Below are positions 34,523 to 35,940 of a stretch of DNA of 35,940 bases, piece after piece (within the stretch, counting starts at the first letter, position 1; every line of letters begins with the position of its first letter). Both the position numbers and the translations under genes were made by a program. Below the pieces are notes generated by a model. That model worked only from the letters and a program-made list of their open reading frames with translations. It ran no database searches and had not been told where the DNA came from. Source of the stretch: a virus (lineage: Duplodnaviria; Caudoviricetes); the IMG/VR virus record IMGVR_UViG_3300046779_002444, positions 1 to 35,940 of that record; one strand, given 5' to 3'.

Positions 34523-34704
34523 TTATGAAAGATTTACAATGGGTTTATATGTTGGATGTGTTGGCAGGTGCCAAATTCACCAACTATGGTTTGCAGTGTT
34601 TGGCAGAATTGAATTGTGGTGATGTAAAAGAACGGAAAGAATATCTGTTGCTTACCGAGCGCCTATATGTACCAACTAAGGCGGAATTGTTTGCAATGCA
34701 ATAA
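34519..34704 (+). CDS. hypothetical protein
   Basis: In-operon ORF. Confidence 0.6.
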   Translation: MIMKDLQWVYMLDVLAGAKFTNYGLQCLAELNCGDVKERKEYLLLTERLYVPTKAELFAMQ

Positions 34705-34740
34705 TACTTGACCTAGGAAATGGAGTACTTTAGTATTACA

Positions 34741-34768
34741 TTGCCATTTCCTAGGACTCCTGTATAAT
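34741..34768 (+). promoter_or_regulatory. early promoter R6
   Basis: TTGCCA-16bp-TATAAT. Confidence 0.75.
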
Positions 34769-34799
34769 GAAACACATTGACAACTTGATAGGATATATT

Positions 34800-35312
34800 A
34801 TGGAATTTAGAACTGACAAACCTACCCAATCGGCAATGTATTTGGTCGACCGTGGTATGCAAGGCAAGTATTATCGCCACTACAATGCAGAGACCGATAC
34901 ATGGTCCCTGTGCGGTTCCACGCTTGATGAGGCCGCTTCAAATAAAGACAAACCAAGTCCTGTTGGTTTCTTCCCATGGGTCGGTCCTTTGACTGGTCCA
35001 AACTATAAAACCGAAATGAAAGAACCAAAGGTCAAACCTGAACGCCTGAAAACAGCAAAGGCAATCAAAGCAAAACCTGCCAAAGCAGTAACTGCCAAAC
35101 TGGTTATTACCACTGTTGGAAATACCCGTGTTGGTTCTATTGTCAAAGGCACCAAGACTGTGCATCCCGATGGCACCGTGTTCTATCGTGAGGATCGTCA
35201 AAAATGGATTGCCATGATGAATGGCAAACAAGAAGCTGCTCGCCCTACACCTGAAGCGTGTTTGGCATTCTTAAAGAAAAAATACAATGTGGAAGGTGTG
35301 GTGTTGAAATGA
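34800..35312 (+). CDS. hypothetical protein with Lys/Ala linker and possible AP2-like C-terminal domain
   Basis: AGGA RBS; GTVFYREDRQKWIAMMNGK..TPEAC. Confidence 0.6.
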   Translation: MEFRTDKPTQSAMYLVDRGMQGKYYRHYNAETDTWSLCGSTLDEAASNKDKPSPVGFFPWVGPLTGPNYKTEMKEPKVKPERLKTAKAIKAKPAKAVTAKLVITTVGNTRVGSIVKGTKTVHPDGTVFYREDRQKWIAMMNGKQEAARPTPEACLAFLKKKYNVEGVVLK

Positions 35313-35500
35313 AAGTGCATACTGTTGGATTATGTGACAAAGATGGTGATGGTAATATGAGTTTTGCATGGAATAAAACACAAACTGGTGTTGCATTACA
35401 ATTGGAAGATATGTTTGGTAATGTAGTAAATGCACAATTCTATAAAAAAGATTTGGCTAAGACATTGAAAAGATTGTTGAAGAAATTGGAACAGGAGTAA
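35309..35500 (+). CDS. hypothetical protein
   Basis: ATGA coupling. Confidence 0.6.
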   Translation: MKVHTVGLCDKDGDGNMSFAWNKTQTGVALQLEDMFGNVVNAQFYKKDLAKTLKRLLKKLEQE

Positions 35501-35503
35501 ATC

Positions 35504-35890
35504 ATGGGTTTAGATATGTACGCTTGGCGTGTCAAAGCAGAAGATGCCATTGGTGATTTTCTAATTGAAAAGAATGAGAATGGTTCCAAAGTAGAAGAAT
35601 TCTTTTACTGGCGCAAACACCATGACCTGCATGGTTGGATGGAACGCCTTTATCGTTCAAAGGGCGGTCCTGCTGAATCGTTTAACTGTATTCCTGTGCG
35701 GTTGACCACAGTTGATTTGGATGCCTTGCAGCATGACCTGTTGAATGGTACACTACCAGAAACCACTGGTTTCTTTTTTGGTAATAACCCACCTGATAAA
35801 GAATCATTGAAGCATGATTTGCAATTCATTCAAGCGGCTCGTGATATCATTGCTGCAGGCGATGCCGTTTACTACGATTCGTGGTGGTGA
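35504..35890 (+). CDS. widespread phage hypothetical protein (MGLD..YWRK..H.W..YY.SWW family)
   Basis: AGGAG RBS and the family signature. Confidence 0.75.
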   Translation: MGLDMYAWRVKAEDAIGDFLIEKNENGSKVEEFFYWRKHHDLHGWMERLYRSKGGPAESFNCIPVRLTTVDLDALQHDLLNGTLPETTGFFFGNNPPDKESLKHDLQFIQAARDIIAAGDAVYYDSWW

Positions 35891-35940
35891 TATGAATATG
35901 CAAACAATCTTAACATTTATGATTGGCCTATTGGTAGGCG

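Noticed and set aside
1-35940. Stop-codon reassignment, tRNA genes, reverse transcriptase/DGR, integrase
   Set aside because: Core genes are intact in the standard code and all three stop codons are used; no such motifs were recognised by eye (tRNAscan-SE and HMM searches would be decisive)

Overview
Window from a large T4-like (Tevenvirinae-type, probably freshwater) myophage genome. The host is inferred to be Gram-negative because spanins are present. Left to right: (1) end of a sugar-nucleotide/phosphatase cluster (1-1959). (2) A late block behind a TATAAATA promoter (2016-10362) of probable capsid-internal proteins, six with T4-like capsid-targeting N-termini; several look like protease-cleavable polyproteins, and the block includes a His-rich RNA-ligase-like protein and a cytidylyltransferase-kinase fusion. 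(3) A lysis/membrane cassette with spanins and a GH19 endolysin (10365-13627). (4) Replication and nucleotide metabolism genes: primase, thyX, MazG-like, nrdA, thioredoxin, nrdB, endonuclease II-like, RNase H (13693-21995). (5) Accessory genes: AbrB-like, peptidase-VWA, nucleotidyltransferase, macro-like (22009-29330). (6) A divergent early region (29350-35940) with ten related sigma70 promoters, a dispersed dyad motif, an origin-like non-coding segment with DnaA boxes and many small acidic proteins. No tRNA, CRISPR array or integrase was recognised. All family calls come from reading motifs by eye, not from database searches.
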